Part shown: piece by piece, positions 45,661 through 56,160 of the stretch
Position numbering within the stretch: position 1 is the stretch's first letter
Layout of the letters: the number at the start of each line of letters is the position of its first letter
Origin: Candidatus Kapaibacterium sp.
Lineage (GTDB): Bacteria > Bacteroidota > Ignavibacteria > Kapaibacteriales > NICIL-2
Assembly (NCBI GenBank): GCA_026003475.1
Contig: BPHJ01000001.1
Coordinates: 741,189-805,188, forward strand
DNA length: 64,000 nucleotides
Direction of reading: 5' to 3'
The notes under the pieces: generated by a model
Seen by the model: only the letters and a program-made list of their open reading frames with translations
Database searches by the model: none
What the model was told of the DNA's origin: nothing
Translations under genes and position numbers: made by a program

Positions 45661-47016
45661 GTATTCGAGTGCATCTTCACGAGTGAGGATGCCCGTTGGG
45701 TAGTTATAGCAGGTTACCAGGAGAGCTTCTTCTGAACACAACCGCTGTTTGAGTTCATCAAAGGGTGCATGGGTATCAATGGTTCCCAGTGGTGCGCTCA
45801 TGTGATCGGTGATCGGGGCTGCAAGCGTTCCAGCGTCCATGAGTACGCTATGGAGAATCGCTTCTTTTTCAGCCGTGCCGAGGACTGTGTGGGAATCCAT
45901 CACAGGTGCACGATCAAGATCGAAACGTGTCAGTGTCTCCAGTGCTTCGGCAACAGTAGCATGCGCAGGAATACTGACCAGCGAGGGCACGAGCGCACGA
46001 TTTCGTTTTCGCTCCAGGATGAGGCCCGCTGTCAGTGTATCATCGAGCTGTATTTGTTGTGAGCGGAGCCATTCTTCGGAATGATGCTTGCTCAGGTATC
46101 GTTCGCCTGTATCGCAAATGATGGTGACGACGCAGGCATCTGCTGGTAACGACCGCGCAACACGAAGTGCAACAGCAACATTCATTCCCGAAGAACCACC
46201 ACAAAAAATCCCTTCTTCTCGGGCCAGTCGCCGTGCAGTTTCAAACGACTCGCGGTCGCTGACAAGCTCGATTTCGTCAATGAGTGCAAGGTCCAAGTTT
46301 GCAGGGATGCGATCTTGTCCCACACCTTCCACCAAGTAAGGAGTTCCTTCGGTGATGGTGCCGGTTTCTTTGTAGGATTTGAGAATAGAACCAATGGGGT
46401 CGGCAGCAATGACCCGGAGTTTGGGATTTTGCTCCTTCAGGTACTGCGCGGTTCCAGTAATCGTGCCGCCGGTACCCATGCCGGCAATAAAGTGGGTGAC
46501 TTGTCCATCGGTCTGGCGCCAAATTTCTGGTCCCGTCGTGCGGTAGTGCGCGTCCGTGTTTGCGGGATTGTCGTATTGATTGAAGAGGACGGAATTCGGA
46601 ATCGTTCGACTCAGTTCAATGGCAATGTTGACGTAGTAGTCTGGCGAGCTGGGTTTGGCAAGAGAGGTAGTGATGATGACATCAGCACCGAGCGCTTTGA
46701 GGTAGCGAATGCGTTCGCTCGATGCCTTGTCTGTTGTTACAAAGAGACAGCGGTATCCCTTGACTGCAGCAGCGAGTGCAATTCCAATGCCGGTGTTGCC
46801 ACTGGTTGCTTCGATGATGAGACCGCCGGGTTTGAGTTTTCCTTCCCGCTCGGCAGCTTCGATCATCGCAATGCCAATGCGGTCCTTGATCGAGCCACCA
46901 GGATTGCGCGTTTCGAGCTTAACAAAAACCGGTGCTGCAATACCTGCTGTGATGCGGTTGAGTTTGACAAGTGGTGTCTGGCCAATCAACTCCAGGACTG
47001 TTGAGTGGAATTCCAT
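45646..47016 (-). CDS. Cysteine synthase/cystathionine beta-synthase family PLP enzyme fused to tandem CBS domains. The ORF track extends to 47082.
   Basis: PLP-fold region (IGQTPLVKLN...GSIKDRIG...TSGNTGIGIA...GTGGTITG) and a C-terminal CBS pair (VLGTAEKEAILHSVLMDAG; EALLVTCYNYPTGILTREDALEYI). Confidence 0.75.
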   Translation of the reverse strand: MEFHSTVLELIGQTPLVKLNRITAGIAAPVFVKLETRNPGGSIKDRIGIAMIEAAEREGKLKPGGLIIEATSGNTGIGIALAAAVKGYRCLFVTTDKASSERIRYLKALGADVIITTSLAKPSSPDYYVNIAIELSRTIPNSVLFNQYDNPANTDAHYRTTGPEIWRQTDGQVTHFIAGMGTGGTITGTAQYLKEQNPKLRVIAADPIGSILKSYKETGTITEGTPYLVEGVGQDRIPANLDLALIDEIELVSDRESFETARRLAREEGIFCGGSSGMNVAVALRVARSLPADACVVTIICDTGERYLSKHHSEEWLRSQQIQLDDTLTAGLILERKRNRALVPSLVSIPAHATVAEALETLTRFDLDRAPVMDSHTVLGTAEKEAILHSVLMDAGTLAAPITDHMSAPLGTIDTHAPFDELKQRLCSEEALLVTCYNYPTGILTREDALEYINRA

Positions 47017-47020
47017 TGCT

Positions 47021-48784
47021 TCATACTGCAAGTGGTTGAACGTTGAGTCGTCGCTCGAGCTGCTGCCGCTCGAAGAGAACACGGTAGTAAGAGCTATGCA
47101 TCAGTAGGTGCTGGTGCGTTCCCTGTGCAGCTATTCGCCCGCCTTCGAGCACGAAGATGACATCACAATGCTCAATGCTCGAAAGGCGATGAGACACGAT
47201 AACGGTTGTACACGCGAGCTGCCGCAAGTGGGAGAGAATGTGGCGTTCGGTCGCAGTATCAACAGCGCTCAGAGCATCATCGAGAAGGAGAATGCGTGGT
47301 TGGGCAATGAGTGCCCGAGCGATGGCGATACGCTGTCGCTGGCCACCCGAGAGCAGAATCCCACGTTCACCGATGACCGTTGCAAGTCCGTCGGGAAATT
47401 GTTCCACTTCGTGAGCAATTCCGGCTTGTTCGAGGGCAGATCGAATCAGATCGTCAGTAGCATGTGGATTGCCAACACGAATGTTGTCGGCAATGCTCAT
47501 CGAAAACAGAAACGGCTCCTGAGGCACAACCCGAATAATGGCGCGCAAATCGGCTGCGCTGAACTGGGAAATCTCGATACCACCAATCGAAAGCGTGCCG
47601 TGATCGGGGTCGTACAATCGCGCAAGAAGACGTAACAAAGTTGTCTTGCCGGAGCCAATTGGTCCGACAATACCCACATGCAGCCCTTCCCCGATGTCGA
47701 AGCTAAGATCAACAAGTGTCGGCGTCGTGTGATTGTAGCGGAAGTGAACGTGGCGCGCTGCGATGGAATAGCTTCGCAGTGTACCGTGCGTTGTGGGGGG
47801 ATAGGTGATTGCTGGTGGTTCATCCATGATCGCATAGATGCGATCGAGTGAGGCTGCCGAGCGTTGCACAATGCCAGTAACCCATCCAATTGCTGCGATT
47901 GGCCAAATGAGCTGTCCGATGTAGAGAAAGAACTGCGTCAACATTCCAATGGTCATTGCACCGTTCATCACGCGGTAACCGCCGAAGAGCAGCACCAGTA
48001 GTTGCGCAGAGCCAACAAGCAACATCATGGACGGCATAAAGAGCGCTTGCAACCGTGCTAAGCGCAAATTACTCTCAACGTAGCGCCGGCTCTGCTGCGA
48101 AAAGATGTTCTCCTCGTACTGCTCCCGCACAAACGCGCGAATAATGCGAATGCCGGAGAACGCTTCCTGTGCATGGCGTGTAAGCTCGCTAAATTCTTCC
48201 TGGACACGCCGTGATGCTTTGTAGATCCGCTTGCCGACACCGTAGGTCGCCAGCGCAATTAGCGGGAGCGGTAACAGTGCGATTCCGGTCGTCGCTGCGT
48301 CGAGGCTCAGCATGAGTGCGAGAACGAATGCAAAGGTCGTCAGTGTGTTGGCCGAATACATTATCGCTGGTCCCAGAAACTCTCGCACAGCGGCAATATC
48401 ATTGGTAGCATGCGCCATCAGAACACCGGTTGGCATGCGGTCATAAAAACGCTGGCTCTGCCGTTCGAGTGCTGCTAAAAAGTCACGGCGTAGCTCGTAC
48501 TCGATCTTGCGCGAAGTAACAATGATGGTCTTCCGCGTCGCAAACATGAAAAGTCCACTCCCAACCGTAAGCAGCAAAATCAGCCCGATGCGCAACAGTA
48601 CTGCATCGGCTGTTGCATTTCTGTGTGCAATCAAATCAACTGTTTGCCCGATAATGCGCGGATAGTACGCTGAACACAAGTTCGAGAGCGTCACAAACAC
48701 TGCTCCGGCAATTAGTACTGCTCGATAGGGCGACAGGTACTGTTTCGCAAGGCGCTGGAAATTTGTTCGGGTATTTGATGGCAT
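47021..48784 (-). CDS. ABC transporter ATP-binding/permease fusion (MsbA/exporter type). The ORF track extends to 48850.
   Basis: Six-TM N-terminal domain plus an NBD with GPIGSGKTTLLRLL, LSGGQRQRIAIARAL, LLLDDALSAVD. Confidence 0.85.
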   Translation of the reverse strand: MPSNTRTNFQRLAKQYLSPYRAVLIAGAVFVTLSNLCSAYYPRIIGQTVDLIAHRNATADAVLLRIGLILLLTVGSGLFMFATRKTIIVTSRKIEYELRRDFLAALERQSQRFYDRMPTGVLMAHATNDIAAVREFLGPAIMYSANTLTTFAFVLALMLSLDAATTGIALLPLPLIALATYGVGKRIYKASRRVQEEFSELTRHAQEAFSGIRIIRAFVREQYEENIFSQQSRRYVESNLRLARLQALFMPSMMLLVGSAQLLVLLFGGYRVMNGAMTIGMLTQFFLYIGQLIWPIAAIGWVTGIVQRSAASLDRIYAIMDEPPAITYPPTTHGTLRSYSIAARHVHFRYNHTTPTLVDLSFDIGEGLHVGIVGPIGSGKTTLLRLLARLYDPDHGTLSIGGIEISQFSAADLRAIIRVVPQEPFLFSMSIADNIRVGNPHATDDLIRSALEQAGIAHEVEQFPDGLATVIGERGILLSGGQRQRIAIARALIAQPRILLLDDALSAVDTATERHILSHLRQLACTTVIVSHRLSSIEHCDVIFVLEGGRIAAQGTHQHLLMHSSYYRVLFERQQLERRLNVQPLAV

Positions 48785-48803
48785 CGCTTTTGAACAGCAG
48801 TGC

Positions 48804-49874
48804 TTATGCGAGGGTGATCTCTGGAGACAGGTATACATCCTGAATCGCATTGAGCAGCGCGATACCTTCAGCCATCGGTCGTTGGAATGCTTTGCGGCCG
48901 GAAATCAATCCGGCGCCGCCAGCACGTTTGTTGATGACTGCAGTCCAGACTGCTTCAAAAAAGTCGTTGGAGCCAGAAGGGCCACCGCTATTGATGAGTG
49001 CAATCTTGCCCATGAAACAGTTGAGAACCTGGTAGCGGCAAAGGTCAATTGGATGGTCACTCGATAATTGCTTGTACATCCGCTGGTCGAATTTTCCGTA
49101 GCTGATACCATTTGCATTGAGGGCAAGGTAACCGCCATTGTTTTCCGGCAACTTTTGCTTGACGATGTCGGCTTCAATCGTGGCGCCGAGATAATTTGCC
49201 TGACCAGTCAAATCGGCACTGACGTGGTAGTCGTGTTCTTTTGTCTTGAATGCACTGTTGCGGAGATAGCACCAAAGGACGGTAGCCATGCCCAACTCAT
49301 GAGCCAGTGCGAATGCTTGGCTGATTTCTTGGATTTGTCGGGCGCTCTCTGGCGAGCCAAAGTAAATCGTTGCCCCGACCGCGGCAGCTCCCATGTCATA
49401 GGCTTGCTCGACAGTGCCGAAGAGAATTTGATCGTACTTGTTTGGGTAGCTGAGCAGTTCGTTGTGATTGATCTTGACGATAAACGGGATTTTGTGGGCG
49501 TATTTGCGCGCGCAGAGGCCAAGAGCGCCGAACGTCGAAGCAACAGCATTGCAGCCACCTTCGATTGCAAGCTCGACGATACGCTCTGGATCGAAATATT
49601 CTGGATTTTTTGCGAACGATGCACCCGCACTGTGCTCGATACCTTGATCAACGGGGAGTATCGAAAGGTATCCTGTTCCAGCTAACCGACCAGTCGAGTA
49701 GATCCATTGCAGGTTTCGCAAAACTCGATTGGAACGGTCACTGCCAATGAAAATGCGATCAACCCAATCGCCACTTGGCTCGGGAAGCATTTCCTTGGGG
49801 ATAGTGGCGCAGCGATGCTCGAGCAAGAATGCTGCTTTGTCACCAAGAATGGTGACGATGCGATCAATGCTCAT
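48804..49874 (-). CDS. fbaB: Fructose-bisphosphate aldolase class I (FbaB/DhnA type)
   Basis: Collinear with E. coli FbaB over the full length: [52 protein letters not shown]...[66 protein letters not shown]. Confidence 0.9.
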   Translation of the reverse strand: MSIDRIVTILGDKAAFLLEHRCATIPKEMLPEPSGDWVDRIFIGSDRSNRVLRNLQWIYSTGRLAGTGYLSILPVDQGIEHSAGASFAKNPEYFDPERIVELAIEGGCNAVASTFGALGLCARKYAHKIPFIVKINHNELLSYPNKYDQILFGTVEQAYDMGAAAVGATIYFGSPESARQIQEISQAFALAHELGMATVLWCYLRNSAFKTKEHDYHVSADLTGQANYLGATIEADIVKQKLPENNGGYLALNANGISYGKFDQRMYKQLSSDHPIDLCRYQVLNCFMGKIALINSGGPSGSNDFFEAVWTAVINKRAGGAGLISGRKAFQRPMAEGIALLNAIQDVYLSPEITLA

Positions 49875-49961
49875 TGCGAACTTGTCAACAAGATGTGGGA
49901 CATGACGTGGATGGGTGTCATCGTATTCGACTCAACACAATGCCAAATTAGGGAATAGCCA

Positions 49962-51179
49962 CTACTTGATGCGTAAAATGACGAGCGGACTAATCCGTGT
50001 TGCAGCGTACGCAGGCAGAGCGGCAACCACAAGCGAAAGTACCATCACAACCCCACCGACAATGGCAGCATGCCACCAACCAAATGCAATCGGAAGACGA
50101 TCAATGAAGTAAACATCGGCGTCGAGTCGGACGATACCAAATGCCTGCTGAACGTAACCGATCGTGAGGCTGATTACCAGACCGAGCGCGTACCCCATGG
50201 AACCGATCCACGCCCCGTAGGCGGTTATCAATCCCAGGACACGGCGGTGATCCAAACCAAGTAAGCGCAGGATTGCGATTGCGTGCCGCCGCTCGACGAT
50301 CACTACAAACAAGAGCGTCAAGATGTTGAATGCTGCAACAACGCTCAATATCCCCACGATGATGGGTATCGGTCGTTTCTGCAGCGCAATCCAGGTGAAC
50401 ATTGCGGGGTGTATCTCCCGATACGTCCGAACATACAGCGAGGAACCATAGAGCGAATCCAACACACCAGCTACGACACGACTTTGGTCAGGGTACTTCA
50501 GCCAGAGCGTAAAGCCTGTTGGAACGAAGCGGCCCAGACGCAGCGTGCGCACAAGCGATGCACCTGCCAATGCTATGGTTTCATCAAATTGACGCATACC
50601 GCTTTCGAAAACTGCACCGATACGAACTCGGCGTACAAGCGGAAATCCAAGTCCTGCCGACTGTGCTGCTGCCTGTGGCTGCGAGAGAAACATCGCGATT
50701 GTATCTCCGACCTTGACTCCTAATCGCTCCGCCAGGGGGCGTCCAAGCGCCAGTGCATCTTCGTGCATGATCGTGTGTTGGTCAACGGCCAACGCTACCA
50801 GTCGTTCGGTAACAAGAGGAGTATCGGCATGGATTACTGCAGCTTCGACATTGCCATGGTGGGCAAGGAGTGCCTCGAGCTCGGTGTACGCAACAACCCG
50901 CTCAATCGCTGGATTCGTCATGCGGAGACGGTCTGTCCACTGCTGGAACGACGGTGCTACATGCTTGGACGTGATCTGTGCGTCGAGATGCCCGATGAAT
51001 AGGCTCGTTTTGGATTGAAGCTCCTGTTCGAAGCCGCTAAGGATCCCCAGTGCAAGGAGCAATGCTGCGCTGCTGATGGCTACGCTGCCCACAGCGATTA
51101 CGTGGGTCAACGACAGAAACTTTGTCTGGCGGCGATTGAATATTTGCCGTGCAAGCTGGAGCAGATCCCCAATGCTCAT
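49962..51179 (-). CDS. FtsX-family ABC transporter permease (LolC/LolE/MacB-like); no ATPase adjacent
   Basis: N-terminal TM helix, a large periplasmic domain, and a C-terminal FtsX domain with three TM helices (ILSVVAAFNILTLLFVVIVERRHAIAILRLLGL). Confidence 0.75.
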   Translation of the reverse strand: MSIGDLLQLARQIFNRRQTKFLSLTHVIAVGSVAISSAALLLALGILSGFEQELQSKTSLFIGHLDAQITSKHVAPSFQQWTDRLRMTNPAIERVVAYTELEALLAHHGNVEAAVIHADTPLVTERLVALAVDQHTIMHEDALALGRPLAERLGVKVGDTIAMFLSQPQAAAQSAGLGFPLVRRVRIGAVFESGMRQFDETIALAGASLVRTLRLGRFVPTGFTLWLKYPDQSRVVAGVLDSLYGSSLYVRTYREIHPAMFTWIALQKRPIPIIVGILSVVAAFNILTLLFVVIVERRHAIAILRLLGLDHRRVLGLITAYGAWIGSMGYALGLVISLTIGYVQQAFGIVRLDADVYFIDRLPIAFGWWHAAIVGGVVMVLSLVVAALPAYAATRISPLVILRIK

Positions 51180-52048
51180 TGCTTGGAATCATCGTAGGGA
51201 TAAAACCCGCGACCAGACTTTCTCCCATGCAAGCCCGCATCAACGTAGGCTTGTTGCAGTCTCGATGGTTGGAAGCGGGGCTCGAAAAAGTACTGCTCAA
51301 AAACGGATTTCGTAACACTCAGGTTCGTATCGACACCGATGAGGTCCATCAAACGGAATGGGCCCATGCGGAAGCCTGCTGCCTCGAGAAGACGATCTAC
51401 CTGCTCGATCGTGGCAGCGCCTTCGGTTACTATTCGTTGGGGTTCGTTGTAGTAGTTCCGAACAACGCGGTTGACCAGGAAACCCGGAACATCCCGGACA
51501 ACGATCGGAACCTTTCCCAGTTGTTGTGCAATGCGACAAGAGCGCTCAATTGTTTCGGTACTTGTGTGAAGCGAGGGAATGATCTCGACCAGCTTCATGA
51601 TGTGTGCGGGATTGAAGAAGTGTATTCCCACAAAACGTTCTGGTCGCAAGAGATCTGCCGATAGTGCATTGATTGAAATGGATGATGTATTCGTGCCGAT
51701 AATAGCCGATGGGGAGAGGATGCGTTCGAGTTCGGCATAGAGTTCAACTTTACGTTCACGATTCTCGATGATGGACTCGATGACCATCCCATCATTGGCG
51801 TGGACTTCCAGATTAGTACCCGTTGTCAGTGCCGAACGAGCATGGGTAGCCTGATCGCTGGTGATTCGCTGTTTGGCAAGCAGCGTTGTTACTTGCTGCT
51901 CGATGAACTGTGCCGCCGACTCAAGTGCAGGCGCGTGGGTATCGCTCAGCGTGACATGATAGCCATTGAGAAGGCATGCAAGCGCAATGCCGCGTCCCAT
52001 TGTTCCAGCACCAACAATGCCGATGTGTGTAATGTCCATCGTGGTCAC
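51176..52048 (-). CDS. hbd: 3-hydroxyacyl-CoA / 3-hydroxybutyryl-CoA dehydrogenase (NAD-binding)
   Basis: HIGIVGAGTMGRGIALACLLNGYHVTLSD Rossmann N-terminus; GFLVNRV, typical of the 3HCDH family. Confidence 0.85.
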   Translation of the reverse strand: MTTMDITHIGIVGAGTMGRGIALACLLNGYHVTLSDTHAPALESAAQFIEQQVTTLLAKQRITSDQATHARSALTTGTNLEVHANDGMVIESIIENRERKVELYAELERILSPSAIIGTNTSSISINALSADLLRPERFVGIHFFNPAHIMKLVEIIPSLHTSTETIERSCRIAQQLGKVPIVVRDVPGFLVNRVVRNYYNEPQRIVTEGAATIEQVDRLLEAAGFRMGPFRLMDLIGVDTNLSVTKSVFEQYFFEPRFQPSRLQQAYVDAGLHGRKSGRGFYPYDDSKQ

Positions 52049-52054
52049 CGCGTG

Positions 52055-53257
52055 TTAGTTGATGACACCGTATTTGCGACCAACAGTTGCAAATGCATCG
52101 AGTGCGCGATCGAGGTGCTCGCGAGTATGCGCTGCCGAGAGCTGCACCCTAATTCGTGCATGTCCCTTGGGGACGACGGGGTAGAAGAATCCAACCACAT
52201 AGATGCCTTCCTCGAGCATACTTCGTGCAAAGTCTTGAGACAATTTGGCGTCGTAGAGCATAATCGGCACGATGGGATGATTCCCCGGTTTGACGTCGAA
52301 GCCAAGCCCAACGAGTTGTGAACGGAAGTACTGCGTGTTTTGTTCTAATCGGTCGCGGAGTTCTGTTGTTGAGGAAAGTAGTTCGAACACGGCGATGCTG
52401 GCACCGACAATGCTGGGAGGTAGGGAATTTGAGAATAGGTACGGTCGCGATCGTTGACGCAATAGTTCGATGATTTCTCCGCGTCCGGTGGTGAAACCGC
52501 CAATGCCGCCACCGAGTGCTTTGCCAAGCGTTCCGGTGATAATATCCACCCGTCCGGTGACATTGCAGTATTCAACGATTCCGCGGCCTGTTTTTCCCAT
52601 AAATCCCATGGAATGGCATTCATCCACCATGACGAGCGCTTGGTACCGTTCGGCAAGGTCGCAGATTTGATCGAGTGGTGCGATCGTGCCATCCATCGAG
52701 AACACCGCATCGGTTGCAATGATGATGTGTCGTGCGCCTTCGGCTCGCGCCTGGTGAAGTTTGTCTTCCAGGTCATTCATATCGCACGATTTGTAGCGGT
52801 ATCGCTTGGCTTTGCAGAGTCGAATGCCGTCAATGATGGAAGCATGGTTGAGCTCGTCACTGATGATGGCATCATTCTCCGAAAAGAGCGGTTCAAAAAC
52901 GCCACCGTTAGCATCGAAGCATGCGGCGTACAAGATGGCATCGTCGGTCTGACAGAACTCAGCGATCGTGCGCTCAAGCTTTTTGTGGAGGTCTTGAGTC
53001 CCGCAGATAAAGCGCACGCTCGACATGCCAAAGCCATGGGTATCGGTGGCTTCTTTTGCCGCTGCGATTACACGCGGGTGGGAAGACAACCCAAGGTAGT
53101 TGTTCGCGCAAAAGTTCAGGACCGGTTTGTTGATACCCTCGACGCGAATTTCTGGCCCTTGCGGGGTGGTTATAATGCGTTCGTCTTTGTAGAGTCCAGC
53201 TTGGCGAAGCGAATCAAGTTCTGCGCGAAGCTGTTCAGCAAATTGTGTGGGGAACAT
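52055..53257 (-). CDS. kbl: Glycine C-acetyltransferase (2-amino-3-ketobutyrate CoA ligase)
   Basis: Long collinear identity blocks with E. coli Kbl: NFCANNYLGL, HGFGM.SVRFICGTQD.H, DAILY..CFDANGG.FE.L, DAIISD.LNHASIIDG.RLCKAKRYRY, GARH..IATD.VFSMDG.IA.L...CDLA..Y.ALVMVD..H..GF.G..GRG..EYC. Confidence 0.9.
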   Translation of the reverse strand: MFPTQFAEQLRAELDSLRQAGLYKDERIITTPQGPEIRVEGINKPVLNFCANNYLGLSSHPRVIAAAKEATDTHGFGMSSVRFICGTQDLHKKLERTIAEFCQTDDAILYAACFDANGGVFEPLFSENDAIISDELNHASIIDGIRLCKAKRYRYKSCDMNDLEDKLHQARAEGARHIIIATDAVFSMDGTIAPLDQICDLAERYQALVMVDECHSMGFMGKTGRGIVEYCNVTGRVDIITGTLGKALGGGIGGFTTGRGEIIELLRQRSRPYLFSNSLPPSIVGASIAVFELLSSTTELRDRLEQNTQYFRSQLVGLGFDVKPGNHPIVPIMLYDAKLSQDFARSMLEEGIYVVGFFYPVVPKGHARIRVQLSAAHTREHLDRALDAFATVGRKYGVIN

Positions 53258-53366
53258 ACTTCATGCAACAAAGTGGCAAACAACACGCCTGCAAAAGTAC
53301 CATGCCGACGCAGAGACAATTCCGAGCAACAGACGGCAGATTTTTCTCCTGTGCGGGATCGGCGTA

Positions 53367-54488
53367 CTAAGTATTGCCTTGTTGCAGCGTCTTGATCCTA
53401 TCGGCAATCACACCGCCGCCAACGACATCATCACCGTCGTAGAGTACAACTGATTGCCCCGGTGTGATGGCTCGGCGTGGCATTTCGAATTCAACGCGGA
53501 GCAGACCATCGTTGCCAACAAAACACACCGCTGCTGCGCCGTCGTCCTTGTAGCGAATCTTTACCGTGAAGCGCGAGGGTGTATCAAGCGAAGCGTACTT
53601 GATCAAATTTAGTGAATGTGCTGTCAGTCCCTGGTGGTACAATTCGTCCTCCGGGCCAACAACGAGAGCATGTTGTTCGGGAAGAATGTCGAGCACATAG
53701 AGTGGCTCAGGTGAGGCAATGCCTAATCCGCGACGCTGACCAATTGTGTAGAATGGATACCCGCGATGCTCACCAACGACACGATCGCCGTAGAGGATTG
53801 GGCCTTGGGTCTTTGTACTTTCGGGTACGGTCTCTGCGATAAATCGAGCATAGTTGTTATCGGGGACAAAGCAGAGCTCGTAGGACTCGTGTTTATGCGC
53901 GATAGCAATTCCAATCCGATCGAGGTATAGGCGAGTTTCTTCCTTTGTCCATTCGCCGAGAGGGAACAAGGTTCGAGCCAGTTGTGATTGGGTAAGCGCC
54001 CAGAGTGCATACGATTGATCTTTTCGTGAATCTCGCCCACGCGAGAGGATATAGCGTCCGCTGGTAGGATCGCGCCGGATTCGTGCATAATGTCCTGTTG
54101 CGATGTACGCCGCGCCGAGCGCATCGGCTTTCCGGAGCAGTTGTCCCCACTTGATATGGCGGTTGCACTGCACGCACGGATTCGGCGTGCGACCACTCAT
54201 GTATTCTGCTGTGAAATAGTCAATGACTTGAGCCTTGAACGGGGCAGTAAAGTCCACGACGTAGTGAGGAATCCCAAGCTGGAGAGCTACCCTGCGAGCA
54301 TCGTTGATTCCATCGAGCGAGCAGCAGGATGATTCGTTCCCAATGTTCCCGCCCGTCAATTCGTAGTCGTATGTCTTGATGGTAATGCCGATGACTTCGT
54401 AGCCTTGCTCGACAAGAAGTGCTGCAACGGCGGATGAATCAACTCCGCCACTCATACCGACGATTACTCTTCGATCGTTACGTTTCAT
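53367..54488 (-). CDS. mnmA: tRNA-specific 2-thiouridylase MnmA
   Basis: PP-loop VIVGMSGGVDSSAVAALL; catalytic Cys context CCSLDG...CVQCNRHIKW. Confidence 0.9.
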   Translation of the reverse strand: MKRNDRRVIVGMSGGVDSSAVAALLVEQGYEVIGITIKTYDYELTGGNIGNESSCCSLDGINDARRVALQLGIPHYVVDFTAPFKAQVIDYFTAEYMSGRTPNPCVQCNRHIKWGQLLRKADALGAAYIATGHYARIRRDPTSGRYILSRGRDSRKDQSYALWALTQSQLARTLFPLGEWTKEETRLYLDRIGIAIAHKHESYELCFVPDNNYARFIAETVPESTKTQGPILYGDRVVGEHRGYPFYTIGQRRGLGIASPEPLYVLDILPEQHALVVGPEDELYHQGLTAHSLNLIKYASLDTPSRFTVKIRYKDDGAAAVCFVGNDGLLRVEFEMPRRAITPGQSVVLYDGDDVVGGGVIADRIKTLQQGNT

Positions 54489-54596
54489 GCTCGTACGGTG
54501 GAAATCCGCTCCCTAAGACGCACAGAGTACTGAATTCATGCTCGGTTCGATTCGATGCTACCAATTTTGTACTTGTTCTGACAACAGCAGAAACAC

Positions 54597-55874
54597 ATGG
54601 TGCAAGAGATTCTCGACAAACTTTATCGCCTGCAACGACGCGGTATCGTTCCTGGCTTAGAGCGAGTTTACGCAATGCTGGAACATCTGGGTAATCCTCA
54701 CGAACGCCTTCGTGCGATTCATGTTGCAGGTACGAACGGAAAGGGAACAGTCTCAAGCGTTGTGGCTTCGATACTCATGGAAGCAGGGGAAATAGTGGGG
54801 CTCTATACGTCACCCCATATCCGCGCGTTCAACGAACGAATTCGCATCAACAGCATCCCAATCAGTGACAATGAAATTGTTGAATTATTCAATGCTGTCG
54901 AGACAGTAGCTGATTCAGTGGGAGCAACGTTTTTCGAAATTACAACTGTTATGGCACTATCAAAATTCACAACAACCACAACCACCAACATACTCGAATG
55001 TGGTCTTGGGGGAAGGCTTGACGCCACCAACGCTGTGCGACCGTGTGTAGCTGTAATCACCAGCATTGACTACGACCATCAGGAGTGGTTAGGAAACACC
55101 CTCGAGCAGATTGCATTCGAAAAGGCAGGTATTATCAAGTCCGGCATTCCTGCTGTGATCGGTGAGCCTCGCCGGGAGTTGCGATCTGTATTCGAGCGCC
55201 GTGCCCAAGAAGTAGGTGCAAGTGCCGTGCGATATCTCGAGGACATACCCTGGTCTCATCGCGTACGCGAAATTCAGCTCGGTGGAATGATCGTCGAGCT
55301 GGCGGTTGGAAAGTGGTACTGGGAAGAGCTCTTCATTCCACTGCATGGTGAACATCAAATTCGGAACATTGCACTTGCTATTCTTGTGCTGGAGCAATAC
55401 TGGGAGACGCCGCCTGCTGATGCTGAGAAGGTCATCGCTCGGGGAATAGCTAACCTTCGACGCAATAGTGGACTCCGGGCTCGTATCGAGGTTATTCGTC
55501 AGGATCCACTTCTTGTCTTTGATGTTGCACACAATCCTGCTGGTTGCTGCGCACTTGCAAAGGTGCTTTCTACTGTCCCGTTCCCTCGAACGTGGAACAT
55601 CGTGTTCGGCGTTATGCGTGACAAAGATTATCGCTCGATGCTCTGCACGCTTGCAAGTCTTGCTGAGCGATTCTACTTAGCATCGCCGCGAGGAGAACGT
55701 GCGTGCGATCCAACGAATCTTGCTCAAGTAGTAAGCGAGCTTGGATGCCCTTTCGAAATTCACGCAAGCATTGCATCTGCCCTCGATGCAGCAAGCGCGA
55801 CCGGACGTCCGACGCTCTGCACGGGTTCATTCTTCACGATCGAGGAGGCGTTTGAGTATCTCGACAATACGTGA
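54597..55874 (+). CDS. folC: Bifunctional folylpolyglutamate synthase / dihydrofolate synthase
   Basis: P-loop IHVAGTNGKGTVSS; Mur-ligase middle and C-terminal domains. Confidence 0.85.
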   Translation: MVQEILDKLYRLQRRGIVPGLERVYAMLEHLGNPHERLRAIHVAGTNGKGTVSSVVASILMEAGEIVGLYTSPHIRAFNERIRINSIPISDNEIVELFNAVETVADSVGATFFEITTVMALSKFTTTTTTNILECGLGGRLDATNAVRPCVAVITSIDYDHQEWLGNTLEQIAFEKAGIIKSGIPAVIGEPRRELRSVFERRAQEVGASAVRYLEDIPWSHRVREIQLGGMIVELAVGKWYWEELFIPLHGEHQIRNIALAILVLEQYWETPPADAEKVIARGIANLRRNSGLRARIEVIRQDPLLVFDVAHNPAGCCALAKVLSTVPFPRTWNIVFGVMRDKDYRSMLCTLASLAERFYLASPRGERACDPTNLAQVVSELGCPFEIHASIASALDAASATGRPTLCTGSFFTIEEAFEYLDNT

Positions 55875-56066
55875 AACAAGTTCTGTTAGCCACTGAGCAA
55901 AACGCTCGGTGTCGCGGTGGGGTTGTTCGAGAGGCATTCGGAGAGAAGGCACCATCGAAGGTTGGTCCAGACTCTGTGTGCTGATGAATGTGTGCACTGT
56001 ACCGAGCAGCAGCAATAGTGCAGCGAGAATAATCAAGCGCCAACGTCGTTTCAACCAGTTTGCCAT
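55827..56066 (-). CDS. Hypothetical small membrane-anchored protein (79 aa)
   Basis: Basic N-terminus plus a hydrophobic helix (MANWLKRRWRLIILAALLLLLGTV). Convergent with the folC 3' end and divergent from the gamma-carbonic-anhydrase operon. No homology recognised. Confidence 0.3.
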   Translation of the reverse strand: MANWLKRRWRLIILAALLLLLGTVHTFISTQSLDQPSMVPSLRMPLEQPHRDTERFAQWLTELVSRIVEILKRLLDREE

Positions 56067-56160
56067 GCCTTGGCCACTCCTTGAGTCAAGCCCAATGCAA
56101 AATTAGAGTGCTTCTGTACTTGCAGTAATTTTGCTTCAGCAGTCTGCTCAACGCTTCCCA

